Shown piece by piece: positions 17,996 to 28,039 of a stretch of 56,604 bases of DNA. Made by a program: the position numbers and the translations under genes. The notes beneath the pieces are model-generated. The model ran no database searches and was not told the origin of the DNA. It was given only the letters and a program-made list of their open reading frames with translations. How positions within the stretch are numbered: the stretch's first letter is position 1; each line of letters starts with the position of its first letter. This DNA is from Planctomycetaceae bacterium (GTDB lineage Bacteria > Planctomycetota > Phycisphaerae > Phycisphaerales > SM1A02), in NCBI GenBank assembly GCA_947480055.1, contig CANKBX010000001.1, positions 1-56,604 on the forward strand, written 5' to 3'.

Positions 17996-20838
17996 CTTGT
18001 TGAAGGCATGGATCGAGTCACGCTTGAAGTTTTATAACACTCAAGCACATCGCCGGTCTTGATGTCGTTGTAGCCAACGATCTTCATGCCGCATTCCATG
18101 CCGGCGCGAACTTCCTTGGCGTCGTCCTTGACCCGCTTCAGTTGCTCAAGTCGACGGTCCTTCTCAATGACAATGCCGTCGCGCGTGACGCGGATTTGCG
18201 CGTTGCGCTCCACCACTCCATCGGTGACGTAGCAACCAGCGATCATGCCAACCTTGGAAATCTTGAACACCTCGCGCACTTCGGCGTGGCCCAACACTTC
18301 CAATTTGATTTCCGGCGTCAATAAGCCACTGGCGGCTTGCGTGACATCGTCCACCAGCTCATAAATCACTTCATACAGCCGAATTTCAACGTTTTTGCGT
18401 TCCGCCAACGCGCGCGCCTTGCTGCTACTGGTGACATTGAAACCAAGAATAATGGAGCCCGTGGCCTCCGCCAAAGAGACATCGCTTTCATTGATGCCGC
18501 CCACAGCGGAGTGTCGAACATTCACCGCGACCTCGTCGGTCTTGATCTTGCCCAGAACAGTGCGCAACGTTTCCATGCTGCCTTGCACATCGGCCTTCAC
18601 AAGAAGACCAAGTTCCTTCACTTGCTCCTTACCCATGTGCTCAAAGATGTTGTCAAGCGTGATCTTTGGCGCCGCAAGTTCGCGTTCGCGCTCAATGCGA
18701 CGTCGCTCATGCGCGGCGTCCTCCGCGTCGGGCAAACTTTTCACGCAGAAGAATTTGTCGCCCGCGTCGGGCATCATGTCAATGCCGCTGATGGCGACCG
18801 GCGTGCTTGGCCCCGCAGAGTCAACGCGCTGTCCCTTATCGTTGACAAGATCACGCACGCGACCAAAGGCACGGCCAATCACAACAAAGTCGCTGCGATT
18901 TAAAGTTCCTTCTTGCACGATCAAGCGCGCCACGGCGCCACGGCCTTCCACAAGCTGCGCCTCAAGCACGGTGCCTTGCGCCAAACCCTTGTAATCCGCC
19001 TTCAAACCAAGCAATTGCGCCTGATAATCCAGCACATCCAGCAACTCTTGAATGCCCGTGTTCTTGGCCGCGCTTGTCTTGATGACTTCAGTTGAACCGC
19101 CCCACTCCACCGGATTCAATCCGTGTTCGGCGAGCTGTCCATTAATGCGCTGGATGTTTTTCTCCGTGGCTTCTGGTTTGTCAATCTTATTCAGCGCCAC
19201 AACAATCGGAACACCCGCGGCCTTGGCGTGGTTGATGCTCTCAACGCTTTGCGGCATGACGCCGTCGTCCGCGGCAATGACCAACACAACAATGTCGGTG
19301 ACCTTGGCGCCGCGCGCGCGCATGTTGGTGAATGCCTCGTGGCCCGGCGTGTCAATAAATGTGATGACGCGATCTTCATCGCCGGCTTTGACCGGAGTTT
19401 GAAACGCGCTCGTTGCCTGCGTGATTCCGCCAGCCTCGCCCGCTGCGACATTGGCGTTGCGAATGCGGTCAAGCAAACTTGTCTTGCCGTGATCGACGTG
19501 GCCCATGATGGTGACCACGGGACTGCGCGGACGCTCATCGCTGCGCACGCGCTCCTTGAATCCAGCTTCAATAATTTCTGCGGCGCTGCGGGCCTCCTCA
19601 ATCACCAACTCAATGTCAAACTCAAGCATGGTTTCAAGCGCTTGATCGGATGTGATCACACTGTTGATTGTGGCTGTTGTGCCCTTCATAAACAGCTTTT
19701 TTAGAATGTCGCCAGCCTTGACACCAGTGACGGATGAGAGCTCCTTGATGTTGATGGGCTCGGAAATTTTCACAACGCCAGTGACCGGTCCTTGTTGGCG
19801 AGTAGGTTGCTGAAACGAAGTTTTTTTGTTTGTCGTGACCGTGCGGTTCTTGCGGAAGAAACCCGTGGACGACATGCGGTCTTCGCGCTCCTTGATGTCC
19901 TGCTTGCTGCGCTCGCTGGCCGGAGATTCTCCACCAGTTCGGCCACGCGTATCGGTCGCGCTGACGCGACGTTTGTTTCGATCAGGCGCGCGCGCGGACG
20001 CGCCAGTTGGAGCGCCGCTGGCTGGAGCGCCAGAGCCACCACTGACACCAGCGCCACCACCACCAAATCGCGGACCAGGACGAAAAGTTCCTTGACCAGC
20101 GCCCGGAGTAAATCGTGGCCGCGGCGCGGGAATCACATCGGGAGTTTCCACTCGAATCACACGCGGACCTGACAGACTTGTCTTTATTGGTTGCTGCAAC
20201 ATTGGTCCAACGGGTCGCACATCTGTGGGACGCGTTGGAACATTGGCTTGCGCTGGCGGTCCTGGCCTGAGGAAAGTTTTTGGTGGCGCGACTGGCGCAA
20301 TTGAGGGCGACGCATCTGTTGGATGGGCTTGCTTTACGGCGTGTGCCTTTGGCGCGTCTTGGGTTGGAGAAACTTGAACTTGATCGCCTTCATCAGCCTC
20401 AGGCGACTTTGAAATTGCGCCTTTTTTGGCTGGTTTAGCCTCAGTTTCAACGGCGCCGTGATCAACAACAGCGGTCGACTCTGCCGCAACTTTGGGCGCG
20501 GCTTTGCGCACAACAGGCACTGGCTTGGGTGCGGTTGGCCGAGCCGCCAATTTCTTGGCGCTCACTTTTTTCGCGGGCTCATCACCCTCGGCTTGATCAA
20601 CCTCGCTCGACTTGCCAGCTGTGGTCTTGCTTGCAACGACCTGCGTAGGCGCGTCCTCAACCGCCACGCCGCCACCGAACCACTCACGAATAGTCAGCGC
20701 CAATCCCATCGAGATGGTGGATTGCGGTTGCTTGACATCTGGAATGCCCTCAGTTTCACAACGAGCAATAATGTCCTTGGTTGCAACTCCAAGGTCTTTC
20801 GCCAACTGTGAGACGCGGACTTTCGTGATTTTGGACAA
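17992..20838 (-). CDS. infB: Translation initiation factor IF-2
   Basis: 948 aa. G domain motifs [20 protein letters not shown] and NKID. TTG start preceded by AAGGAA. Confidence 0.97.
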   Translation of the reverse strand: MSKITKVRVSQLAKDLGVATKDIIARCETEGIPDVKQPQSTISMGLALTIREWFGGGVAVEDAPTQVVASKTTAGKSSEVDQAEGDEPAKKVSAKKLAARPTAPKPVPVVRKAAPKVAAESTAVVDHGAVETEAKPAKKGAISKSPEADEGDQVQVSPTQDAPKAHAVKQAHPTDASPSIAPVAPPKTFLRPGPPAQANVPTRPTDVRPVGPMLQQPIKTSLSGPRVIRVETPDVIPAPRPRFTPGAGQGTFRPGPRFGGGGAGVSGGSGAPASGAPTGASARAPDRNKRRVSATDTRGRTGGESPASERSKQDIKEREDRMSSTGFFRKNRTVTTNKKTSFQQPTRQQGPVTGVVKISEPINIKELSSVTGVKAGDILKKLFMKGTTATINSVITSDQALETMLEFDIELVIEEARSAAEIIEAGFKERVRSDERPRSPVVTIMGHVDHGKTSLLDRIRNANVAAGEAGGITQATSAFQTPVKAGDEDRVITFIDTPGHEAFTNMRARGAKVTDIVVLVIAADDGVMPQSVESINHAKAAGVPIVVALNKIDKPEATEKNIQRINGQLAEHGLNPVEWGGSTEVIKTSAAKNTGIQELLDVLDYQAQLLGLKADYKGLAQGTVLEAQLVEGRGAVARLIVQEGTLNRSDFVVIGRAFGRVRDLVNDKGQRVDSAGPSTPVAISGIDMMPDAGDKFFCVKSLPDAEDAAHERRRIERERELAAPKITLDNIFEHMGKEQVKELGLLVKADVQGSMETLRTVLGKIKTDEVAVNVRHSAVGGINESDVSLAEATGSIILGFNVTSSSKARALAERKNVEIRLYEVIYELVDDVTQAASGLLTPEIKLEVLGHAEVREVFKISKVGMIAGCYVTDGVVERNAQIRVTRDGIVIEKDRRLEQLKRVKDDAKEVRAGMECGMKIVGYNDIKTGDVLECYKTSSVTRSMPSTR

Positions 20839-20905
20839 TGTGTTTCCTTTGTTGATTCAATTCAAATAAACGAGTTCAAATAATGTTCATCACTTCAACG
20901 CTGCA

Positions 20906-22219
20906 TCAATGTTTGCCACCGAGAATGTCGTCGGCCGCGGCTTCCGCGGATTGATCCACTTCAACCGCCGGCGCGGAGCCCAACAGCACATCCGCCGCCG
21001 CGCCTTCTTCCGCCGCCAATTGCTCGGCCGCGGTCTTCTCTTGCTCTTGTTGCTCGGCGACAATCTTGGCCTTGTCAATACATGTGGTCACGATCAAGTC
21101 GGCCAACTCCGGAGCGATGCCAAGATTTGTCTCCAGAATTTCTGGACCAACTTCCTCCACATCAAACACGCTGATCAAACCAAGCGCGCCCAATTTGTCC
21201 AGCATTTCATCGGTGATTCCTTCAATTGGACGAACCGTCTCCTCCAAAATGGCGAGGCCCTTTTGGAACTCTGGTGGCGTGAGAATGTCCACGTCCCAAC
21301 CGGTCAAGCGCGCGGCAAGGCGCACGTTTTGTCCGCGTCGACCAATGGCAAGACTCAATTGATCGTCGCGCACAATAATGGTGGCGCGGCCAAGTTCAAA
21401 GCACAAAGTCACTTCCTCTACTTCGGCTGGCTTGAGCGCGTTTGAAATCAGAACCTGGCTGGATTCATTCCAACGCACAATGTCAATCTTCTCGCCGCCG
21501 AGCTCGTCAACAATATTGCGAATGCGGCTGCCACGAACACCAACGCATGCGCCAACGGCATCCACTTTGCTGTCCACGCTGGAAACCGCCAACTTGGTTC
21601 GGAAGCCCGCTTCACGCGACATGGCTTTGATGTCGATCACGCGCTCGGCAACCTCTGGAACTTCGGCCTCGAACAAACGACGAATGAAATCTGGATGCGC
21701 GCGGCTCAGAACAATCTTCACTTGATGGCCAGCGTCACGCACATCAAGAATGAGGCAGCGAACGCGGTCGCCTGGCTGAAATTGCTCGCCTGGAATTTGC
21801 TCGCTGCGCGGCATGAACCCTTCGGCGCGGTCAATTTGCACAACCAATGAACCGCCCTCGTACATTTGCGCGGTGCCTGTGACCAACTCGCCTTGGCGCT
21901 TGGAAAATTCCTCCAAAAGACTGTTGCGCTCCTCTTCACGGAACTTCTGAATCATCACTTGCTTGGCTGTTTGCGCGGGAATACGACCCAATGACGACAG
22001 TGGAATTTCCTCCTGCGCGCCCTCATCTAGATTGCGCCAAATGCGCATGCCGCCATTAAGGCGATCGATCTCGCAACCAAACTCCTCAAGATTTTCGCTG
22101 TTGAAATGCTTGCGCGCGGCGCTGACCATGGCTTGCTCAAGATCCATGAGCAAAATCTCACGGTCAATGTTGCGGTCGCGGGCGATGGAATCAAGAATGC
22201 GGAGTGTTTCACTATTCAT
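20906..22219 (-). CDS. nusA: Transcription termination/antitermination factor NusA
   Basis: 437 aa. It has an S1 region, KH motifs GACVGVRGSRI and AIGRRGQNVRLA, and an acidic C-terminus. Confidence 0.95.
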   Translation of the reverse strand: MNSETLRILDSIARDRNIDREILLMDLEQAMVSAARKHFNSENLEEFGCEIDRLNGGMRIWRNLDEGAQEEIPLSSLGRIPAQTAKQVMIQKFREEERNSLLEEFSKRQGELVTGTAQMYEGGSLVVQIDRAEGFMPRSEQIPGEQFQPGDRVRCLILDVRDAGHQVKIVLSRAHPDFIRRLFEAEVPEVAERVIDIKAMSREAGFRTKLAVSSVDSKVDAVGACVGVRGSRIRNIVDELGGEKIDIVRWNESSQVLISNALKPAEVEEVTLCFELGRATIIVRDDQLSLAIGRRGQNVRLAARLTGWDVDILTPPEFQKGLAILEETVRPIEGITDEMLDKLGALGLISVFDVEEVGPEILETNLGIAPELADLIVTTCIDKAKIVAEQQEQEKTAAEQLAAEEGAAADVLLGSAPAVEVDQSAEAAADDILGGKH

Positions 22220-22237
22220 TTGGATGTCTCTTCTGTT

Positions 22238-22269
22238 TTTGAGTTACGAAAAATAAGATTTGAGTTACG
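22238..22269. promoter_or_regulatory. Perfect 11-bp direct repeat TTTGAGTTACG (22238-22248 and 22259-22269) between the leader terminator and the nusA start
   Basis: Two identical copies lie 21 bp apart, start to start (two helical turns), 19-50 nt upstream of the nusA ATG. The function is not established. Confidence 0.5.
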
Positions 22270-22290
22270 CGGGGCACACAGTGTCGCCGT

Positions 22291-22338
22291 AAAAAAAAAC
22301 GCGGGTCACGCTCGGTACGGCACCGCGGCGTGACCCGT
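22291..22338 (-). terminator. Strong intrinsic terminator on the minus strand about 70 nt upstream of nusA
   Basis: Minus strand reads CGGGTCACGC-(loop with inner CGGT/ACCG pairing)-GCGTGACCCG followed by GTTTTTTTTT. The 10-bp stem is perfect. Confidence 0.8.
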
Positions 22339-22677
22339 CCAATGACTGTCCATGGTGGACAATCAAGGCTTGCTCGGGGGGACCTTTACAACGCGGTCTC
22401 CACGAATAAACCTTCAATCACGCTTGGCGACACGCCAAGGCGACACCAACTTCCAAGATGGACGCTCAAGTGCGTCATCGCAGGAAGGTGGTCGACGAAA
22501 CCATGTTGAGAAAATATGTAGTCATGGGATTCGATCGTGAAACGGACGGGTCCTATTCCAACAAGGAACGGGTGCGTGATTGTACATGAAATCCGCTGAA
22601 ATCTCAAGTGACTGAGGCGAACTTGTGGTCTAGAAATGGGTTAAAGTCGCTTCTTATAGAGTGCTAGGCTCGTTCAT

Positions 22678-24639
22678 ATGAAAGTGAAGAACTTGAATTT
22701 GTGTTGGATCATGGCCATGGCCGCGGCTTTGTCGGTCACGGTTGCTCACGGACAAATTTTGGGGTCTCAGCCTCAAATTGGAATCACTGGCAAATTCAAG
22801 GCGGCCACGACCGAGACTTTCGGTGACTCGCGCGACGCGGTAAGCGCCACCAGCGAAATTCCAAGCGGCGCGGCGCGCCCTGGTGCGTTGGTGCCGGTTG
22901 CCATCCGTGTGAAAGTGAAAAGTGGTTGGCACATGTGGCCCGTGGAATCCCAAGCGCGCTCCGTTGCGGATGCGGAGGTATTTGAGGGCGCGATTTTTTC
23001 CACGCTTGCGCTGCAAGGGTTGCCATTGCAATCCGACGCGACACGCGAGTCCAAGTTGAAATTGGTCGGCGCGCAATGGCCGCAACCAGTTGGCGCCGCA
23101 TTTGATTTTGGCGAAGGCAAGCAAACACTCGCCGTGTATGAAGGCCAGTTGCTGATCTTCGCCGCGATTCAAATTGGAGCGGGTGCGAAAAATGGTCCGC
23201 TGCCAATGACACTGCTATTGAATTTTCAATCCTGCAACAACACAAGTTGTCTGGCGCCAGCCGAAATTGAAATTCCAATAACGCTGCAAGTGGATTCCGC
23301 CGCCGCCGCGGTGGCGCCAAGTGGAGAATTTCAAAAGTTTGATCCGGCAAAATTAATCAGCGACGCCACGGAAATGAATATCCAAAGCGGTGTGCGGTTT
23401 GATTTTTTTGGCGCCTCTTTCAGCGTTGATCCCCAAGGCGCGGGATTCTTTCTATTGCTGTTGGTGGCGTTTGTAGGCGGCATGTTGTTGAACTTCACAC
23501 CCTGTGTTTTGCCTATAATTCCGCTTAAAATCATGTCGTTGAGCCAAAGCGCGGGCAATCGGGGCAAATGTTTTTCACTTGGCGTGGTGATGAGTTTGGG
23601 CGTAATTGGATTTTGGCTGGCGCTCGGCGCATTGGTGGGTGGCGCAAGTGGCTTCAGTGCGGCCAACCAACTTTTTCAATATCCCGCGTTCACCATCGGG
23701 ATTGGAATTTTTATCGCCATCATGGCCGTGGGCATGGCTGGGTTCTTCAGCGTGGGTCTGCCAGCATGGGTGTACGCGATTGAACCCAAGCACGATTCAT
23801 TCATTGGAACATTTGTATTTGGAATTATGACGGCGGTGTTGTCAACTCCTTGCACTGCTCCATTAATGGGCGCGGCGGCTGGCTGGGCGGCTTCAAGTGG
23901 CAACACTTCCACGGTGCTGATTGTGTTTGGAGCCATCGGCGCGGGAATGGCCACTCCATATTTATTTTTAAGCGCGTTTCCAAACTTGGTCGCACGCATG
24001 CCACGCACTGGCCCCGCCAGCGAGCTTGTAAAACAAGTCATGGGAATTTTATTATTAGCTGCGGCGATATTTTTTATTGGGGCGGGCGTAAATGGATTGC
24101 TGGAAACTCCCACGCACGCGCATTGGTGGTTGATTGGCGCCACGGGCTCAGCAGCTGGCTTGTGGTTGATTTGGCGCACTTTGCGAATCACCAAAAAAAC
24201 CATATTTAGGCTTCTTTTTAGTGTAATTTCAATTGCCGTGATCGCCCTAAGCGTGGGCGTGAGCATGGCGTTGGGTGGCGCTGGAAAAACCGAGTGGATT
24301 CCATTTTCAAGCGAGGCGGTGGCCGCGGCAAAATCAAAAAACAAAATCCTGGTTCTGGATTTCACCGCCGAATGGTGCCTGAATTGCAAAGCGCTTGAGA
24401 GCGCCGTGTTGGATTCAGTTGATGTGGCGACGGCTTTGGCGCAATCGGATGTGGCGGCCATCAAGGTGGACATCACAAGCCGCAAAAGCAACGGCTGGAA
24501 TTTACTTCACGACTATGATCGCGTGAGCATTCCGTTGCTGGTTGTGCAGGACGCCAAAGGCAAAGTAATTTTAAAGAGCGACGCATACACGCGCGCGCAA
24601 GTTGTTGAAGCAATTCAAAGCGCGCGCGCGGCCAAGTAG
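22678..24639 (+). CDS. dsbD: Thiol:disulfide interchange protein DsbD-type (alpha domain, CcdA-like membrane core, thioredoxin domain)
   Basis: 653 aa. N-terminal domain Cys pair FQSCNNTSC. Membrane-core motifs NFTPCVLP and STPCTAPLM. The C-terminal thioredoxin domain has WCLNC. Confidence 0.85.
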   Translation: MKVKNLNLCWIMAMAAALSVTVAHGQILGSQPQIGITGKFKAATTETFGDSRDAVSATSEIPSGAARPGALVPVAIRVKVKSGWHMWPVESQARSVADAEVFEGAIFSTLALQGLPLQSDATRESKLKLVGAQWPQPVGAAFDFGEGKQTLAVYEGQLLIFAAIQIGAGAKNGPLPMTLLLNFQSCNNTSCLAPAEIEIPITLQVDSAAAAVAPSGEFQKFDPAKLISDATEMNIQSGVRFDFFGASFSVDPQGAGFFLLLLVAFVGGMLLNFTPCVLPIIPLKIMSLSQSAGNRGKCFSLGVVMSLGVIGFWLALGALVGGASGFSAANQLFQYPAFTIGIGIFIAIMAVGMAGFFSVGLPAWVYAIEPKHDSFIGTFVFGIMTAVLSTPCTAPLMGAAAGWAASSGNTSTVLIVFGAIGAGMATPYLFLSAFPNLVARMPRTGPASELVKQVMGILLLAAAIFFIGAGVNGLLETPTHAHWWLIGATGSAAGLWLIWRTLRITKKTIFRLLFSVISIAVIALSVGVSMALGGAGKTEWIPFSSEAVAAAKSKNKILVLDFTAEWCLNCKALESAVLDSVDVATALAQSDVAAIKVDITSRKSNGWNLLHDYDRVSIPLLVVQDAKGKVILKSDAYTRAQVVEAIQSARAAK

Positions 24640-24661
24640 AACGCAACTTCGTTGGAAAAAT

Positions 24662-26887
24662 TTATTTTTCCGGCCAAGGCGGCCAAGTCGCCGCTAATTC
24701 TTCGGCCTCATGCCGATCGGCTGGCCGCAATTTTAAAAGCACATCAAAGCGCATTGAGTCATCCGATTCAATGGCGCGCCTTGCATACTCGCCGGTCCAA
24801 GGTTTGGATAATTTTGCGGACCAACGCGCTGCGCGTAACCACGCTCCTGCGCAACGCCGATCCAATTCCGTGACATCAAGCGCTCGGTTCATGGCGGAGG
24901 CGGCGTCAACTTCCGCGTGCGTTTGCATGGCAATGGACTCGCTTAATAATGAGGCAATTTGCCTTTGTTCAAAGGTATTTTGGTCCATTTCCTGACTGAG
25001 AACAATGGCCTCTTTTAGCAAATCTTGAGCTTGCTCGGCAGATGCGCAAAGCGCCGCCGCGCGCATCAATTGATCCACGGCGGCAAGCTTGGAACTGTCA
25101 AATGCGGCAGATCCGTTCTTTGACTCACGCAAGATGCGCGCGCACTCCATTCTGGCTTGCGCTCCAGGCTCGCCCTTTGCCAATGCAGTGGCGTCAACAA
25201 GTTTTTGCGCCGCAAGTTCCACGCGCGTTTCTTCTTGTGCGGCGATGTTGGCGAACCTGAAACACGTGAGCGAAAATAAAATCGCGGCCACGGCGGTGAA
25301 CCATTGCATGCCGCCTTCAAACCAACGGCGCGGCGAAGGCGAGCATCGGGGTACGCTTGCAGCCAATAAGGCGCAGCCCCAAATCATGGATCCCGGATTC
25401 CACAAAGTCATTTCAATTTGTCCATCAATCCAAAGGGTCAAAGCGGCCGCCCCCAAAATAGTCGGAGCAGCGCAAGTCCAACGCGTGATGTTTGCGCACA
25501 TCCACCATGCAAAAGTTCCTGCCGCCACCACGCCAATCAAGCGCGCCAAAAGCGAAACAAGATCAAGCGAGTTGGCCTCAAAGCGAATGGCCAACGAAGC
25601 GGCCAGAATCACCGCAAGCGTTGCAACTTGGCGCGGAAATTGAATATCACCCTCGGCGGAGTTTTCATTGCGTTGATTGCTGGCTTGAACCGAGATAAAA
25701 ATAAGCGCAATCACAGCCAAAATCATTGGAATTCCAGCGATTCCGATTTGCGCCAACCAGTCAAAGAACACCGAGTGCGCGCTTTGCACGGCGTCCACCG
25801 CGTCGACTGGTCGAAACCTAAGAAAGGCGTCTTGAAATCCATCGATGCCACTGCCCGTCCAAGGTTGGTTTAGAAAAATGCGCCATGCGCCAGAGATGTA
25901 GTGACTGCGAAACAACAAACTTCGCTCTTGGCCAAATGCCTGCGAATTAAAAAGCGCGCGCAGTGGTCCGGCGAAACAACACAGCAGCAACAAGGCGACT
26001 GCGCCCATCGCCAATATGTTGGGCGCGACGCGAACCCGCCGCGTGATCACAAGAAACGCAAGCCCAAGCAACATGGCGACAATCGCGCCCTTGGAACCAT
26101 TGGCAAGCGGAATTGCCGCGCACAACAACGCGGCGATGAAAGCGATGATTCGATTGCGACCTGCCAGGCGCACGCCAATGGCAACGCACGCCACGGTGAT
26201 GGATGCGAAGAGACCCGCGAAGATATTCGCCATGCCAAACCAACCCGACATTTCCCGCTGCGAAAGTCGCCGCGCATAGGCGGCCGCTTGCGGACCATCG
26301 GCGTCCCAACCATGGTCTGCGAAATAAGCGGTGTCGCGTCCAGATGAATGGAAAAATTCCAACACCGCCGGTTGCTCCACAAACCACTGCCACGCGCCGC
26401 GCATCCACCACGCTCCCGCCACCGCAATCAAGCAGGTCACCAGCACGATCCAGCCTATTTTTGCCGTGTTTTTGGGTGATCGAGCCATTGACAGCGCCGC
26501 CGCGGCCGCGACAAATCCTGCGATCCATGTAGCGCCCCGCCACGGCGTTCCCGCCGCGCCAACGCCGTGTATTTGAAAAATAGAAACGCAAGCCGCTCCC
26601 GCAACGAGCAACAAAACCAATCCCCACAGCGATGCGCACTCGGCAAAAATAAACGCGGCGCTTATTGAAATCACCGCGTCGATGTACAAACTTCCGGCGG
26701 GCCCAAGACCGGCGAATGGCGCGGGATCAAATACTGGATCAACATCAAATCGAAGCACTGGCGCCCACGCCACCAATGTTCGCAGAGCAATGGCGCCACC
26801 AAGTATCGCCGCGAACACCGCCAGTGTCGGACGTTTCGTTGACGCAAGTTTGCTTCCATCATGACTCGCATGAGGAAGAAAAGTCAT
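24662..26887 (-). CDS. O-antigen ligase (Wzy_C) family membrane protein with a C-terminal helical-repeat domain
   Basis: 741 aa and polytopic. SAHSVFFDWLAQIGIAGIP resembles the Wzy_C/O-antigen ligase signature. ATGA overlap with the upstream gene. Confidence 0.7.
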   Translation of the reverse strand: MTFLPHASHDGSKLASTKRPTLAVFAAILGGAIALRTLVAWAPVLRFDVDPVFDPAPFAGLGPAGSLYIDAVISISAAFIFAECASLWGLVLLLVAGAACVSIFQIHGVGAAGTPWRGATWIAGFVAAAAALSMARSPKNTAKIGWIVLVTCLIAVAGAWWMRGAWQWFVEQPAVLEFFHSSGRDTAYFADHGWDADGPQAAAYARRLSQREMSGWFGMANIFAGLFASITVACVAIGVRLAGRNRIIAFIAALLCAAIPLANGSKGAIVAMLLGLAFLVITRRVRVAPNILAMGAVALLLLCCFAGPLRALFNSQAFGQERSLLFRSHYISGAWRIFLNQPWTGSGIDGFQDAFLRFRPVDAVDAVQSAHSVFFDWLAQIGIAGIPMILAVIALIFISVQASNQRNENSAEGDIQFPRQVATLAVILAASLAIRFEANSLDLVSLLARLIGVVAAGTFAWWMCANITRWTCAAPTILGAAALTLWIDGQIEMTLWNPGSMIWGCALLAASVPRCSPSPRRWFEGGMQWFTAVAAILFSLTCFRFANIAAQEETRVELAAQKLVDATALAKGEPGAQARMECARILRESKNGSAAFDSSKLAAVDQLMRAAALCASAEQAQDLLKEAIVLSQEMDQNTFEQRQIASLLSESIAMQTHAEVDAASAMNRALDVTELDRRCAGAWLRAARWSAKLSKPWTGEYARRAIESDDSMRFDVLLKLRPADRHEAEELAATWPPWPEK

Positions 26888-28014
26888 CGACTAAAAATTC
26901 CTTCCATGAAGCCAAGCAACAACAGCGCGGCGATGGTTTGCAGAACCACCAGAACTGCGGGAAATGGCGTGAGATTTCCAATGACAATTCCGCCCATTCC
27001 AATGATGGCCGCCAACGCCCAAATAATCAGCACCGCTCCGCGCTTGCTGAACCCGCGCTGCACAAGCCTGTGCGAAAGATGTCTTTGATCCCCAACCCAC
27101 GGACTACTTCCTTGACGGATGCGAATCAGGCTGGTGGCGATCATGTCGTAAATCGGAATCGCCAAAATAATCAACGGAGCGAGAATGCCCCACCAATTCG
27201 TGCCAAGTGCATATCCCGGCTCGCCTGGATTAATGAACGTGGTTCGCATCGCCAACACCGCCAATAGAAATCCGATCGGTTGGCTTCCTCCATCGCCAAG
27301 AAAAATCTTGGCGCCATTCTTGGGCGCAAAATTAAAAAGTAGAAATCCCGCGAGTGAGCCAGCCAAAAGCGAGAACATGCCGGCGATGAACCACTGTTGA
27401 ACTATGAACGCCCCTATGGCGAACAACAACGACGCGATCATGGCGACGCCCGCGGCCAATCCATCCATGTTGTCCAGGAAATTGATGGCGTTGATCATGG
27501 CCACAATCCAAATCACGCCAATGAACACGCTCAACGCTTGACCCTCTGATCCAAAGTGATCCAGAAACGTGAGCAAACGCACATCAAAGCCCCAGACAAT
27601 CACGGTGGCTGGAATAAATTGCAGCAGAAGTTTAGTGGACGCGCGCAATGGTTTGCGGTCATCCCACATGCCCGCCAAGAGCAACCACACCGCGCCCGCA
27701 AGCAATGCAATTGTTGGCCGAAAGCCTTGGTCAATTCGGCTTTGGAAAAAATCCAAGCCATAATGTTTCGTGGGATCAATGTTGGGGGTATTTCTCATGC
27801 TGATAAAAATCAACCCAGCCACCACCGGCAAAATGAAAGCGCTGATGACCGCGACCCCGCCAACATTGGGAACTGGCCGCAATTCCTTCACATGCCCCTC
27901 GGCGCCCGCGGAATCAAGCGTCTTGTATCGGTTGCCAAACGCGATGGCCATGGCGGTGAAAATAATCGAGAGCATCCAACCGACAAAGAAATATGTGGGC
28001 GAAAGTAATTGCAT
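26884..28014 (-). CDS. Polyprenyl-phosphate N-acetylhexosamine-1-phosphate transferase (MraY/WecA family, GT4)
   Basis: 376 aa and polytopic. Diagnostic motif NAINFLDNMDGLAAG, plus WDDRKPL. Confidence 0.85.
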   Translation of the reverse strand: MQLLSPTYFFVGWMLSIIFTAMAIAFGNRYKTLDSAGAEGHVKELRPVPNVGGVAVISAFILPVVAGLIFISMRNTPNIDPTKHYGLDFFQSRIDQGFRPTIALLAGAVWLLLAGMWDDRKPLRASTKLLLQFIPATVIVWGFDVRLLTFLDHFGSEGQALSVFIGVIWIVAMINAINFLDNMDGLAAGVAMIASLLFAIGAFIVQQWFIAGMFSLLAGSLAGFLLFNFAPKNGAKIFLGDGGSQPIGFLLAVLAMRTTFINPGEPGYALGTNWWGILAPLIILAIPIYDMIATSLIRIRQGSSPWVGDQRHLSHRLVQRGFSKRGAVLIIWALAAIIGMGGIVIGNLTPFPAVLVVLQTIAALLLLGFMEGIFSR

Positions 28015-28039
28015 GTGAGTAATCTAGCCAAAGATCGCC

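Noticed and set aside
22311-22330. The minus-strand sequence GGTGCCGTACCG inside the terminator loop loosely resembles the T-box core GGTGGTACCGCG.
   Set aside because: It sits in the loop rather than on the 5' flank of the terminator. No specifier-loop or stem I features were seen, and nusA is not a T-box-regulated gene class.
22341-22365. On the minus strand the sequence TTGATTGTCCACCA lies about 12 nt before the strong terminator. This resembles the encoded ...CCACCA 3' end of a tmRNA or tRNA-like gene.
   Set aside because: No T-arm (GGTTCGAATCC-like) precedes it. No complementary 5' acceptor strand (GGACAAT) lies 250-400 nt upstream. No ...ALAA-stop tag reading frame is present in 22340-22680 on either strand.
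22654-23172. A 172-aa minus-strand ORF, and the 73-aa ORF at 22386-22607, considered as candidates for a rimP gene upstream of nusA.
   Set aside because: The 172-aa ORF lies antisense to the well-supported DsbD-type gene. Neither product resembles RimP. The 73-aa ORF has no plausible RBS or motif and is followed by the terminator.
23676-24491. A 271-aa minus-strand ORF inside the dsbD-type gene.
   Set aside because: It lies antisense to a gene with three diagnostic Cys motifs. Its composition is typical of GC-rich antisense frames.
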